Origin: Balanoglossus misakiensis
Lineage: Eukaryota; Animalia; Hemichordata
Reading direction: 5' to 3'
DNA length: 64,000 nucleotides
Assembly (NCBI GenBank): GCA_040954595.2
Contig: CM082577.2
Span: 16,003,903-16,067,902 of the forward strand
Within the stretch, counting starts at the first letter, position 1. Each line of letters opens with the position of its first letter. Below, piece after piece: positions 49,193 to 61,603 of this stretch. The position numbers and the translations under genes were made by a program. The notes beneath the pieces are model-generated. The model saw nothing but the letters and a program-made list of their open reading frames with translations, did no database searches and was not told the origin of the DNA.

Positions 49193-50179
49193 TTGGCAAC
49201 CTTCCAGTCGGCATCACTCAGCCCAAGAACAGTTTCGACTTACAGCACAGGGGTTCGTGCGTGGCTTCGTTTCACGGCTTTGTTCAACATCAGAGGTCAG
49301 TCACCAAAATACCCACCAGCGTCAGAGGACTTTCTCATCTACTTTGTGGTTCACTGTGCTACGAACTGTCACCTTAAATACACCACTCTTCGCACCTACT
49401 TGGCTGCAATCCGGAATCATTACGTGCGTGCCGGTCTCAACAACCCTTTGGTGTCACAGCAAGGACAATTTCACCCTCGCCTTCATCTGGTCCTCAGGGG
49501 AATACTGCGACTCCAAGGTCAAGCATCACGTCCGCGACTCCCGATCACGCTAGACATTCTACAACGCTTATGTGTGCTACTACGTCAGGGGATCTTTGGT
49601 CCATACGTCGATTTACTGCTGGAATCTGCCTTCCTGCTTGCCTTCTATGGTTTCCTCCGTTGCAGTGAATTTACATGCAGCACTCGGGTTTTCAATCCAA
49701 AACTCCACCTGACCGTTAACGACATCAAGATCACCCAAGGACAAGGCTCTCCAGAATGCGTGGTCATTCACATTAAGTCATCGAAAACCGATCAGTACCG
49801 GAAAGGATTCCACCTTCGGTTATTTCCAACATATAAATCTGTGTGCCCAGTGGCGACGCTCGCAGGATTTTATGAAGTTCGCCAACAGATGCTTACAACC
49901 CCAACGGAGCCGTTTTTCCTGTTACCTGAAAGAGTGGCACTCGACCGATCAACCTTCACATCTAGTCTCCGCTTGCTGTTGTCGCGCTTGGGCCTGCATC
50001 CTCAACACTTCGCTGGCCACTCTTTCCGCATCGGTGCAGCCACTTCAGCAGCCAGTGCCCATCTCCCAGACCACCTTATTCAGACTCTCGGCAGGTGGTC
50101 TAGTGACTGTTACCGTAGATATATTAGAACGCCCGAAGGACTTTTGCGTTCTGCCTTTAGAGCTTTGGCCTTTCAGTAG
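49193..50179 (+). CDS. Tyrosine recombinase of the Ngaro element
   Basis: GFLRCSEF, KSSKTDQ, GHSFRIGAAT, LGRWSSDCYRRY: catalytic R-K-H-R-W-Y intact. No ATG at the ORF start. Confidence 0.93.
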   Translation: MATFQSASLSPRTVSTYSTGVRAWLRFTALFNIRGQSPKYPPASEDFLIYFVVHCATNCHLKYTTLRTYLAAIRNHYVRAGLNNPLVSQQGQFHPRLHLVLRGILRLQGQASRPRLPITLDILQRLCVLLRQGIFGPYVDLLLESAFLLAFYGFLRCSEFTCSTRVFNPKLHLTVNDIKITQGQGSPECVVIHIKSSKTDQYRKGFHLRLFPTYKSVCPVATLAGFYEVRQQMLTTPTEPFFLLPERVALDRSTFTSSLRLLLSRLGLHPQHFAGHSFRIGAATSAASAHLPDHLIQTLGRWSSDCYRRYIRTPEGLLRSAFRALAFQ

Positions 50180-51500
50180 TCTACTTCCGTCTCCCCCTTA
50201 CTAACCCCAGTGTGAGCCACGCAGGCCGGTACTCCCTCGGGTACCCTCTGCACCAATCCCTGGCTTCCACTGAAGTTCCAACTGTGAGCCACAACTCACA
50301 GCTCATTTTGCCTTCCACCTGGGCCGACTCGACACCGTCCGTCCCCCAGGACCCCCACCATTGGACCGCACTACTTCCGGTGCCTCCAATGGATTCCCCC
50401 ATACCTGCATCCACCTGGGCCGACCAGACCACGTCTGTCCCCCAGGACCCAACCCATTGGGCCGCACTACGCCTCCAATGGTTCCCTACCAACCTACTAA
50501 CATCTCATGGGGGTCACTTCGGTCATGCTTCCCACAACCTCAGTTTGGGCTATGGATTACATCCTGCCCCCCATTTCGTGCCATAGGTCACCACCTAGTG
50601 CCTGGCCTACCACGGTTTCTGCAGCATGGTTTTCTCGTTCGCCCATGCCACGGGAGCGGAACCGAAGGGGCCCCTGCCCAACCAGTTTTTAGGTAGTTAG
50701 TTTGCAACTTACTGTATTAGATAGATAGGTTTGTTTTTTTTATTTATTGCCTTTTGTTCTTGCGCTTGCTTTGGTAGACATTTGTCTCTTTTTGTTGGGG
50801 CTTTTCGCCTTGTTTTATTTGCATTAAATCTTCCTTCTTCCTACTTCCTTTGTCTGGCGTAGTACATTTACAAAATAACAATCTGTGATATCACAGATTG
50901 GGTTTGTAAATGTATGAAGCCTTCCCCTTATGGCTCCCCTGCCTTCCCTATCTCTTCTTCCTTTGTCTTTCCTTCCCCCTTCTTTTGCACTCGTCACCTG
51001 GCGTCCCCCCTCTACTCATTTGCATATCCTTTGTCTTATCCTCTAATTGCTCTCTCAATCTCCTCAGTTAGCGTCTTTGTCCGCGTCAGTGCGACAACCC
51101 AGCTATTCTCTCTCTGCATCCCGCCACCATCCCCTTTCACCACCTTTGTCCCTTTGGTCCGGCTCTCTGGTGTGGCTATGGATTACATCCTGCCCCCCAT
51201 TTCGTGCCATAGGTCACCACCTAGTGCCTGGCCTACCACGGTTTCTGCAGCATGGTTTTCTCGTTCGCCCATGCCACGGGAGCGGAACCGAAGGGGCCCC
51301 TGCCCAACCAGTTTTTAGGTAGTTAGTTTGCAACTTACTGTATTAGATAGATAGGTTTGTTTTTTTTATTTATTGCCTTTTGTTCTTGCGCTTGCTTTGG
51401 TAGACATTTGTCTCTTTTTGTTGGGGCTTTTCGCCTTGTTTTATTTGCATTAAATCTTCCTTCTTCCTACTTCCTTTGTCTGGCGTAGTACATTTACAAA

Positions 51501-51661
51501 CGAGATACTAAGTCGAGATAACGAGATACTAAGTCGAGATCTCGAGATACTATGTCGAGATAACGAGATACTAAGTCGAGATAACGAGATACTAAGTCGA
51601 GATCTCGAGATACTAAGTCGAGATAACGAGATACTAAGTCGAGATCTCGAGATACTAAGTC
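51501..51661. repeat. 21-bp minisatellite, right part
   Basis: Same unit as 45636..45856, resuming in register. Confidence 0.95.
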
Positions 51662-52800
51662 GGAGACACATGTACTAAGTAAGTTTGTGTGTTTGGATTT
51701 CCTTTGCTCGTTGTTGCTCGAATCATTTGAATTAGGCCTAGTTGTGTTGTAGGCTTTCTTTGTGTGTTTCTTTGATTGGACTTTCTACTACACTCAGCTC
51801 AGATAAGATATCCAACTAAATAGTTTGATGATATGCATTTTCATCTATCCAAGACAAATTGTCTTCCTATTAAAGAGAGCAAAGGACGTTTTTTTATCCC
51901 CGGACATAATGTGACTTGTTTCGAAAGGTAAAGAGGGAAGGTGAATATATATTGCAGTGAAGCCGGTGTGATAAACTTTTCCAACAGCGGCTAGGACGCT
52001 AGTGGAGAGGGGTGTTGTAAAATTCGGTTATTAGAAGCTTGTGGATCTTTTTAATTTTGGATTAAGAACATGAAACAGTGACTAAGATATGTAGTACTAA
52101 TAATTGGTCAGCTTTTTGACCAATGTGGATGTCACTTAGGTAAATGAATGTCAGCTCAAAGTTTGTGAAGTTTAGCTCACACTTGTAGGCTTTGACGATT
52201 CACTACCCATGTGGGATTGGCTTCCTATTTTTGCATTCAAATGTGCATGTTTCCTCGCAATCCACATTTGCAAACTCGTTTGATAAGTACATGTGTTGAT
52301 AAAACACTCAGATTCAAAATTAGAATCATGTAAGTAATGCAAAAACAATAATACAGCTGATTAGGATTTAGGTGATTATAGCAGTTGTATTTTCCACTTT
52401 GGACACGTAACAGTGTGTTTTTGTTGTTTTTTATAGCTATTTAGCAGTGGTTTACTTATTAGCCCATGCTTCAATGTAAAAAAGACTAGACTCCTGTAAC
52501 AGGGAAATATTTGTTTAGCAGTTACATGTAAATGGTGGCATCAGCAGTGTCTTATATATGCATGCTTCAGTGAGAACATATCAAAGATAGACCACAAATA
52601 TTCTGATTCAGTCAGAGATAGGTGTCAACCTTTTATCATAACTTTGAATGAAGAAAGTATCATTTTACTTGACTATTTCAGTACGTTCGTAACGTCAGAG
52701 ACATTACATTGAAATTTATGCTGAAAACTTACTTTGTTATCAAGAGAAATTCATACATTTAAGTGCTAGTATATCGGTGATAATCAGCTCACAGACCTCA

Positions 52801-53520
52801 ACCAAAGAAATGTCATGATCTTGGTATTTTACTTTTGATCAAAGTAGAAGATGCTTCTGTTGCTTTGCACATGTATGACCTAGCTTGCCACTTGTCATGG
52901 AGTTCTGTTATTATTTCATATACTCTCACAAATAAGATGATAACAGTAGGTTCAGAAGCGATGCTGTGTCATTTTGTGTAATCATACATCGCCATGGTTA
53001 CAGTCTGGACGCAATCGTGACAAGGTTGATGGATCTCTGGGGTACTAAAGTTATTTTCACCCCATGTTGTGATGTGTTATGTTGTACAGTAAAACCTGTC
53101 TAAACCGAACCCTGTGTAATCTGGAAACCTGTCTATGTTGAACACATTTTCCAGTCGCCCTTTAACATATAACCACATGTTAAAAGAAGATATAAACTGG
53201 ACACCTCCGCAAACCGAACAATTTCTCCAGTCCCTTTGGTGTTCGGTTTAGACAGGTTTTACTGTACTTTCATTTGTCTCACTTGTAAAGTGTACTACCA
53301 AAGGATATCAATGCATCTATTGTGAAAATAACTTGAGTACACCACAGATCTCATGCTGAGGTCATGGAGGTCTGTCATCACATTGAATTGCCTTGTACAA
53401 ATGTACTGCCTCATATCTAGGATTGAATTCAAATTAGCTAGGTCATATATGTGCAAAGCAACAGAAGCATCTTCTACTTTGATCAAAAGTAAAATACAAA
53501 GATCATGACATTTCTTTGGT
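52801..53520. repeat. ~85-bp inverted repeat pair (foldback-like)
   Basis: 52801..52885 versus the reverse complement of ~53436..53520, with about 2 mismatches. Confidence 0.85.
53087..53264. mobile_element. Tigger/pogo-type MITE (178 bp)
   Basis: Perfect 24-bp TIR CAGTAAAACCTGTCTAAACCGAAC with TA on both sides. Confidence 0.92.
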
Positions 53521-54842
53521 CAGATGACACAGTCATTAAGTCAGTTCCTCAGTTCTATTACCATGAGTTGTATGCAGGATTAATAGCAGGAGAACTATAA
53601 TGACAGAAACATCAGTCTGAATATTCCATGTTACTTTTGTCTGGTCTGATTTACAGTCTTTGCATATGCATGTGGTAGCTGTTTGAAAACTGAATGTTTG
53701 CTTTTAAAGCTTTTTGAAGTGTTTATTACAGGCACAGTCGTTCTGACCATTTAATGAACAACTGTACTGTATATTATCCTGCAACTTTTTTGTCAAGTAT
53801 TTTAAAATTTTAAGGAGTTATCTTGTATCATCTTGTTATATTTCTGGGCATCATTTAAAGGTTTTTATAACAATGCCACAACAAAATAGAGAATTCAGAG
53901 ACATTACATTTTTGATTTGCAGGAAAAATTACCAGCAACATATTCAAGAAACACAATCAGTCATGCTTATAGTTAATCCTTTCTCACCAATGGCAATCAG
54001 AAGGCAGTCATATTGAACCTTCTCTGTAGTGATTACAACATGTAGTGATACTTCGATTTGATAAAAAGAATCAGTCTTTTTCATGAGTGGCAGTAATTAC
54101 ACCATTCAACCAACATAGAGCTAGATCTAGCTAACTGACATGAAGCCCATTGTTGAACATTTTTACTTGGATTGTGTTAGCTTTGTTTTATATTTACAAC
54201 AAATGTTTCCCTTGCATGTCTCATGTAGGTAGAAATAAACATGTTCTAATGTTCAGAAAGGGATTGCAGTTGTCAATTTCAATACCAAGCATGCACACAT
54301 AGTACTGGTAGTGTCCTATATTGATTCAGTCTGATTTATACCATGGCATGTTAAGGTAAAGTCTAGTGGATCTTTTTTAAATAACAGAAGATATTAACAC
54401 ACAGGTTTTGTGAATATTAACAACCCTTTTTTATTTCCAAACTTAATTTACTTGGGGGACTGACTGCAGCCAACAACCCTGTCCTTTGTCAAGCAGCCTC
54501 TGCTGTAAGCTGTACTTGTCCACTGTATAAAAGAAAAGGGAAATTGTTTTCTGTTGAAAATGACAGATTTTAATGTTAAATTTTCTTTTGCAAACTTCAG
54601 GATATCACAGGATATCACCATTTTCCATGTCATCACATATCTTTCATACTGTCAATCACTGCACACTACAAAGTGTCACAATCAATGTCATCTTTCGCTT
54701 TCCAATACAGTATCAAAATACATGTACAGTTATCTTTCATACCTTCACCACCACTGTCCTCTGCATAATGTCACAATCACAGCCATCCATTGACCCCATT
54801 TGTCATAAAATGTATGAAAAATGGGAGTTGTAGAGCAGAAGA

Positions 54843-54925
54843 TGTGTATGTATGTATATATATGTATGTATGTATGTACTGTATGTACATTATATGTATG
54901 TATGTGTGTATGTATGTATGTATGT
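54843..54925. repeat. Imperfect (TATG)n microsatellite
   Basis: Directly visible. Confidence 0.9.
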
Positions 54926-55637
54926 TCATAAATTAGTTCATAAATTATATTCCAAAATTGAAAAGAGCTGAAGCCAATTAACTTACTGATTAACGCAATT
55001 TTGTACAAACATTTACATAAACTATGGTCAGTTTTCAACAAATGTGCTTGAATTATTGGTTTTACATGCATTCAGTCATTTGACGTTACTTATTGTATGT
55101 AAGCTGTCTTGCTAAATACCGTACAGGAAACTTCAATCTCCTAACTAGTCATCAGAAAGAACAGCTTGTTTCCCATTAGCCACAGATGCTCTTCAACATA
55201 CATCCATCAGGAGTCCTCAAATGAATAGACATGCATAGGTTCATCGCTGAACCTCGAAAGAATAGAAATGCACTCGTAACTTCAGGTCCCCCAAAGACAT
55301 ACATTTGTGGTCCTCAAATGAATACACAGTGGCAGGTTTTCTAAATTGCGAGTGTTTTTAAAAAACGAATAGATTAAAATAATATCATAAGTGACAAATA
55401 GCATTCCACAAAGCCTTAGGTCTGTAGTGCCATGGGAAATACGCGTCCTCAAACGAAGGTGTCTTGGCCGAGTACTCGCAAGCCATATCAAACGCGTATG
55501 TGTGTTCTTGTTAGTGTTAAGAGTGTTAGTTCTGTTAGTGTTTAGAGTGTTAGTTCTTGTTACTGCCAAAAAATATAATGATGGCAACAGTTACAACATT
55601 ATATGTAGCTATATTATGTATATGTATATTATATTAG

Positions 55638-56133
55638 GACTAAAACAGATGCTAGTTGCAAGGGTGTTTTCCGCATGGGAGATGAAAATACCTGTACAGA
55701 AGACCAAACAAGAAATCCTGAAAGAGAAACGGAAGGAGTATTTAACTCTCTTGTCAACACCAACGGGCCAACTTCCATATTCTCTTGCTTTCAAAGACGG
55801 GTGGGTGGGAGAATCAGAGGGTGGGATGAAGAAATGGCCTCCCGTGTATTTTAATGATATATGCCAGTTTGTCATGATTGACCACCCTGGAAGAAACATC
55901 GACTTGACAAAACGAATGTTAACTGAATACAAGGAGGACAAAGCCTTCAGGTATTTTCAACCAGAATGGATGAAGGAAATCTTTATTCTGGAAATTTCTG
56001 CTGACACCGATTACGTGTTTGTACGTGCAAATTGTACAACGTCTCAGCGATTAGGTTGTCCACCACATAACTGCTGGGTTTGTGTCAAGAGGGATGGATC
56101 TGTTCACTCTGCATAATGTACCTGTACTGTTGG
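55638..56133 (+). pseudogene. Exon of a SWIM-finger protein of the type found with YqaJ nuclease in ISL2EU/Harbinger-related elements
   Basis: GLKQMLVARV...WPPVYFNDI...EYKEDKAFRYF...PHNCWV...VHSA*CTCTVG; AG/GT boundaries; in-frame TAA at 56114-16. Confidence 0.6.
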
Positions 56134-56213
56134 GTAAGTTTTATTCGCATGCGCTAGTGGATTATAATGCAAATAAATATAAAAAAAAGGCCTAAGCTTA
56201 TAACCAAATTTTC

Positions 56214-56217
<4 letters not shown>

Positions 56218-56290
<73 letters not shown>
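56218..56290. repeat. (TA)n microsatellite
   Basis: About 36 perfect TA units. Confidence 0.97.
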
Positions 56291-56292
<2 letters not shown>

Positions 56293-56419
56293 GTGATGAA
56301 AATGGAGAAAGTACCCTATACTTTCTGTAAAATAGACATTTAATTGGCATGCCATCCTGCATCAATTATGAAGTCTGTATATGCACTGAAGCACTCACAG
56401 GGTGCGTTGCATGGTGTTC

Positions 56420-58921
56420 AACCATGTTAAAAATCTTCCAACCTGTTGGTATCGTGGAAGCCAGCACAGCTACGTGTTCAATCACGTTCGCCTTACCATG
56501 GATAGACAATCAGTTACTGACCAACGCGTTAGCCGAATTCTCTCATCCATCGGTATGCTACGCTAACGATTCTGTCTGCAGTATGTTCCTGCATGCACTT
56601 TCCTCTCTGGACGCCCGCACAACGAGTCGACTGAATTGAACGCTTTAGTATCCTACCAGACCAGTCACATCAAACAAACCCCGTATGACGCTGGTAGATC
56701 ATCCAGAAAAGCTCGTGATGCGTTACTTCCCTTCATTGGGAAGATTTCGAAATCGCTATTCGGTACAGCAACGGTAAAAGACGTCGTAACTTTAGCTACC
56801 CATCTTGACGCTTTGAAGTCCGAAATGGTAAAACAGGCTGATGGAATGCTTCATTTCACGGAAGATATGAGTTCCATCATTAAGTTAAACAGCGAGCGCA
56901 TTGATAATCTATGGGGACAATACAATGTTTCCCAGAAAACCATCAACGAACTTATCGTTGCCATTAGTGACATCAAGGCGCACGTTAGAAAATCGGAAGA
57001 AGCGGATAAGCACTTCAAGTTGCGTACGGACCATTTCCATCAATACCTGTTCATGGTGTTGTCTTTGCAAGAACGCACCGAAACTCTTGAGTCGCTCTGC
57101 GCACAGGCAAAGTATCGACTGTTGAGTTTTCAATCTTTACTACGCGGCTACATCACCGAAGAATTGGTACGTCCGGATGAAATACATGCAGCATTAAAGA
57201 AACTGACATTAACATTGACTGATAAGTATCCTGACTATAGAATATCACATGCCCACCCTAGTTATTATTATAGGCAATCAGGTGCTATTTCGTTCAAGTC
57301 TGAAGATTTATTGTTAATCAAAATTGGTGTATCCATTAATCGTGTTCCTTCTCTTTATGATGTGTATCGTTTAATTTCTTTGCCAATACCAACTCCATCT
57401 ACTGCTTGGAATGAACCTTCTAATTTCGAGTTGTCTCGTTCTGTAACTGTTCTTAACAATATTCCTGATTTGGTTGCTATTCAACGTGAGGGAGACATGT
57501 TTTTCCATATGACTAATGCTGATTTCTCTTTGTGTTCAGGTTTGTCGATTTTGATTTGCAGGACACCTTTTGCTATGTTCCGACCTGACTATCCCTCGTG
57601 TGCTAATGCATTGTTCCATGGTCGTCATGACGATGTCCTTCGGTTATGTAATCCACAACTAGTCATGCGTTCTCATGAAATGCCTGTGGCCAAGGTTATT
57701 CAAGGTTCGCAAGTGTTGTTACAAGGTCTTTCTGTCCCTTGGAATGTATCCTGTCCTTCAGAACCGCCGAAGACAATCTCAGGTTGTACATTTTGTATTA
57801 TTACAGTTTCTTGTGGGTGTGTTGTTATGTCCGACTATTACTATGTCGATACCTTGGATATCGATTGTCAACCACATGAATTGGAATATGTACATAAGCT
57901 GAACTTCCCTTTTTTGTTGAGCCTGTATAATGACACATTTCTTTTCCCGTCCTACAATTATTCCTCTATCGAATTACCTGATGTTGATGTCGTTGAAGGT
58001 CGATGGTCTCGTGCGTTGAACCGTGATAAAGAGATAAGGTTTGACCTCGACGCTCTGGCTGAAACGATGAGGAAACATTCACAGGTATTTGTTAATCCCC
58101 TGGATCATTACGCCTATGAGACATCCCTGTTCGAGAATGCCCCGTGGATCAATCAAGTGTCTACGTTCGTACTCCCCGTGATGACCGTACTATCGATCAT
58201 AACTTTCATTGTAGCGCTGTATGGTCTGATGCGTGTACAACGGTTATGGTCTAAGTTGATGTACCTCGGTTATATACCTGGAGCTAAGGCTGGTAATCGA
58301 TATGTGATTCCATGGTCCCGTACAGCCACACCGCCCGAGGAACCAACACGATCGTTAGCTGATGTAATTTCGGATAGTAATGTATCCGTATTTGGGATTA
58401 GTATTGGTACGGTTAGTATGTGTATTTTGGCCCTTGTTGTATGTTCTTGTTGTTATAGGTGTTATTGTAAGAGGTTCCGATGCAGGTCGTCTGGTTCCGC
58501 TAGAAATAACACTGAGGATTCTACTCCCCTAAGAGAGTCTCAAGGCGAAAGTCCGGTTGTTAGGGTTAACGTTGCTGTCCAGTGGGAACCTGATCTTGTG
58601 TCTGCGGGTTGTCAACATGCACCCGATACTGCAGATGTTGGTGTAGTTACCCAAAAAGTCACCTTCCAAGATGGCCCGCATCCGGTTCGCCCCTTTGTCT
58701 ATAACCCTGTTCCTCCCGTCTCACTCCCATCTCTTGATATTGTCCTAGCAAGCTTATATATCAACACCGACAGGGATTTTCCTAACGTTTCCCCTCTTGG
58801 AGTTTCGACTGAGGCCCCTGATATTAATGATAGTCCTACCGAAGAATATCATGATGCTCTAGGATTATTACAAACGAGTAATGATGCCTCTCGATCTCCG
58901 ACATATTGGCAACGATTTTAA
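56420..58921 (+). pseudogene. Env-like class I/F-type fusion glycoprotein of an LTR element (one frameshift near 56635)
   Basis: Furin site RKAR followed by fusion-peptide-like DALLPFIGKISKSLFGTAT, a heptad-rich helix, a Cys-rich ectodomain, N-glycosylation sequons and C-terminal hydrophobic segments. ORF 56349..56639 supplies a plausible N-terminal part in another frame. Confidence 0.8.
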
Positions 58922-59229
58922 GGTTTTGATTGTATGATTATTAATAAATTACGTTGGAAACGTTTCAATTATAATTTCCCGTATGTTACTTTAGTAAATA
59001 GAAATTGTGTATCTTAGATTTAGTATTCATATTATTTGGTATTTTATTTCGAAAAAAAATATCACTATGTTAATCATTATTTACTCAAACTAACCATTTA
59101 TTGTATTTTCTTTTAATTTTGAGTTATCTAGAGATAGTACGAGAATTTATTGGACATATTAATCTTGTAGATCATGGAAGTTCAACGTTTCACCGATCTT
59201 CACTCGGACCAGCGAGGACGCTGGTTATT

Positions 59230-59712
59230 AAAAGGGTGGAAGATTGTTGAGCCCTCATACATCCTCATTTTGACAGTTTTGTTTGGTTACATAATAAATA
59301 CAATTATTGTGGTCCCTGTAACTAAAATTACAGCGTTCCTCACGGTGATGGCGTAGAAGTTTTATTACCTAGATACAGCAAATACTATGACGATATTATG
59401 ATTTTATAACTTAGAGATGAACATCGTATGATCAAGCATAAGGCATTGAACTTTCTAATTTTAGATGATGACTCATTGTAAGAAAGCTGACTGATGCAAT
59501 TTTGACTTTAAATATGAGGAATTTACACTTTTGAATTGATTCAACTTGGAGGAGTCCTAAGTAGCGACTCGATCATTAAAGACTCAGTTGAAGATTGGAA
59601 CTTGAACACTTGGTGTCCGTCTCAGTTACTGAAAGTATAATACGATCCTGTGTGGTACCTTGACTGACTTTAGACTCTACGGACTGACTGTGAGTGAGAG
59701 TCTAGATTGACA
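59230..59712 (+). mobile_element. PPT and putative 3' LTR of the env-bearing element
   Basis: Stem accagcGAGGACgctggt, purine run AAAAGGGTGGAAGA (59230-43), then TGT at 59245 running to TGACA at 59712, where Tigger coding sequence begins. No 5' LTR is present to confirm the ends. Confidence 0.55.
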
Positions 59713-61603
59713 AATTAGGAGTCGGTGACACAACAACTTGGCGAAAAGTATGTCATTGGAAAAACCACCGCTACAGACATCATAAAGAAGAAATCGCAGT
59801 ACCTCCAGCAGTTTAAAGAAAATGCAGATGGTTCTAGACAACTATTAAACATATCAGCCAAGTTTGACGACATAAATGGTTTAGTTTGGAGATGGTTCCA
59901 GCAAGCCCGTGCTAAGATTATCCCTATGTCCGGTCCGATGTTACAGAAGGCGCTATCGATTGCTACTGAAATGGGCGTGTCAGAATTCAAAGCATCGAAT
60001 GGGTGGTTGGAGAGCTGGCGAGGACGGTATTCGATCAAATCATTCGAAGTCAACGGGGAAAGTGCAGATGTCGATACATCGGTCGTAGATGATTTCATGA
60101 GCTGAGTTGACGAGATGTGTACAGGTTACAGTCCTGAGAACATTTTTAATACAGATGAGACTGGTGTTTACTTTCGAGCACTTCCTGATAAAACTTCAGT
60201 TCACAAAGCCGATGAATGCAAAGACGGCAAAGTGTCAAAAGAGAGACTTACTGTAATGTTTACCTGCAGTATGACAGGGGAGAAGTTGAAGCCGTTCGTC
60301 ATCCGGCAAAGCCGCTAAACCCCACTGCTTTAAGAATATCGACGTCAAGACTCTTCCACTTTACTGGAATTCCAACAAGAAAGCGTGGATGACTGGTCAT
60401 CTGTTTGAAGAGTATCTCCGTGAACTGAACAACCGCATGCGTCGTCAACGTCGTAAAATCCTGCTGTTCCTTGACAACGCCACTTCAAATACGCCAGACA
60501 TCAGACTTTCGCACGTTACTCTCAAGTTCTTCCCAGCAAACGCAACATCCGTACTGCAGCCTTTGGATCAAGGCGTCATCCGTGCCTTCAAGGCCCGCTA
60601 CAGAAAGAGACTTGTACGCAAAGATTGATGGTGTAGCCAGTGCTAGTGATGTAGCGAAGTCAGTCAACGTTCTCAACGCGATCCATTGGATCAACGGTTG
60701 GTGGAATGACACGAAAGCAGAAACGATCACCAAGTGTTTCCGTAAAGGTGGGTTCGACATGCCGATCGAGTCTGAGAACAACGACAACAACACCCGATGA
60801 TGAAGCCACAGATGACGAAGTTCAATCTACACAGACATCAGAGTGTACCGTCGATGATTTTCTGAACATCGACAGCAACATCCCTACAGAAGAAACTTAC
60901 ACTGGCGAATGGGAGCAGCAGATTGTTCAGAATTTCCTCTCCGATAAAGAAAACCAGAATGAAGAAGAAGACGACAGTGAAGAAAAAGACGAAGATAAAG
61001 AATGGAAAGAGAGCTAAAATCCTAATGACGGCAGTGATCTTACACACAGCAACGTCTTGGCCATGCTTGGCAAACTTCGCAACTTCGCTCTAAACAAGGA
61101 ACCATCGTACGTCACAGCAATCCAAGAACTACAGACTCTCACCGAACAGAAGATTGTCGAGAAGAAATTTTCCTTCAAGCAGTCATTGATCGCCACTTTT
61201 TTCAAGTCAGTATGAAAACACTATCTCCATGAACTTGTACATACGTACAGTATATTTGACACTCTTTGACTCCAAACAAAGTTTGTTATCTGCGTAGTCT
61301 TACCAGTTTTCAGATCAGTCTCGTCAGGTTTTTAATATGAACATCTCTGCAATTCCCCTATTTTTTTGAGGAACTTTATTGTAATTCAATGTAAATACAG
61401 TACAATGTTTTCACGTCAATATGTTTGAGAATAAATATGAGTGTACATATGTATATATGACAACTGTTCACTGAGTGTCGAGTATGTGTGTGCATGTTCC
61501 TTTAGTTACATAGTGCCACACCCACCCTGAACAAACCGACCCACTGTGAAAACCGACCGTAAATTGTGGTCCCAGTCACGGTCGATTTAGGCAGTTTTTA
61601 CTG
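59713..61603 (+). mobile_element. Decayed Tigger/pogo (CENP-B-like DDE_1) transposon, 5'-truncated
   Basis: FKASNGWL, IFNTDETG, KERLT, LLFLDNA, QPLDQG across several frames with stops; right end ...GCAGTTTTTACTG|TA. Confidence 0.9.

Larger units (their letters stand above)
45857..51500 (+). mobile_element. Ngaro/DIRS-order tyrosine-recombinase retrotransposon with split direct repeats (A1-ORFs-B1-A2-B2)
   Basis: A1 45857..46103 matches A2 50873..51119; B1 50548..50874 matches B2 51174..51500; gag, RT/RNase H and YR ORFs lie between. Confidence 0.95.
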
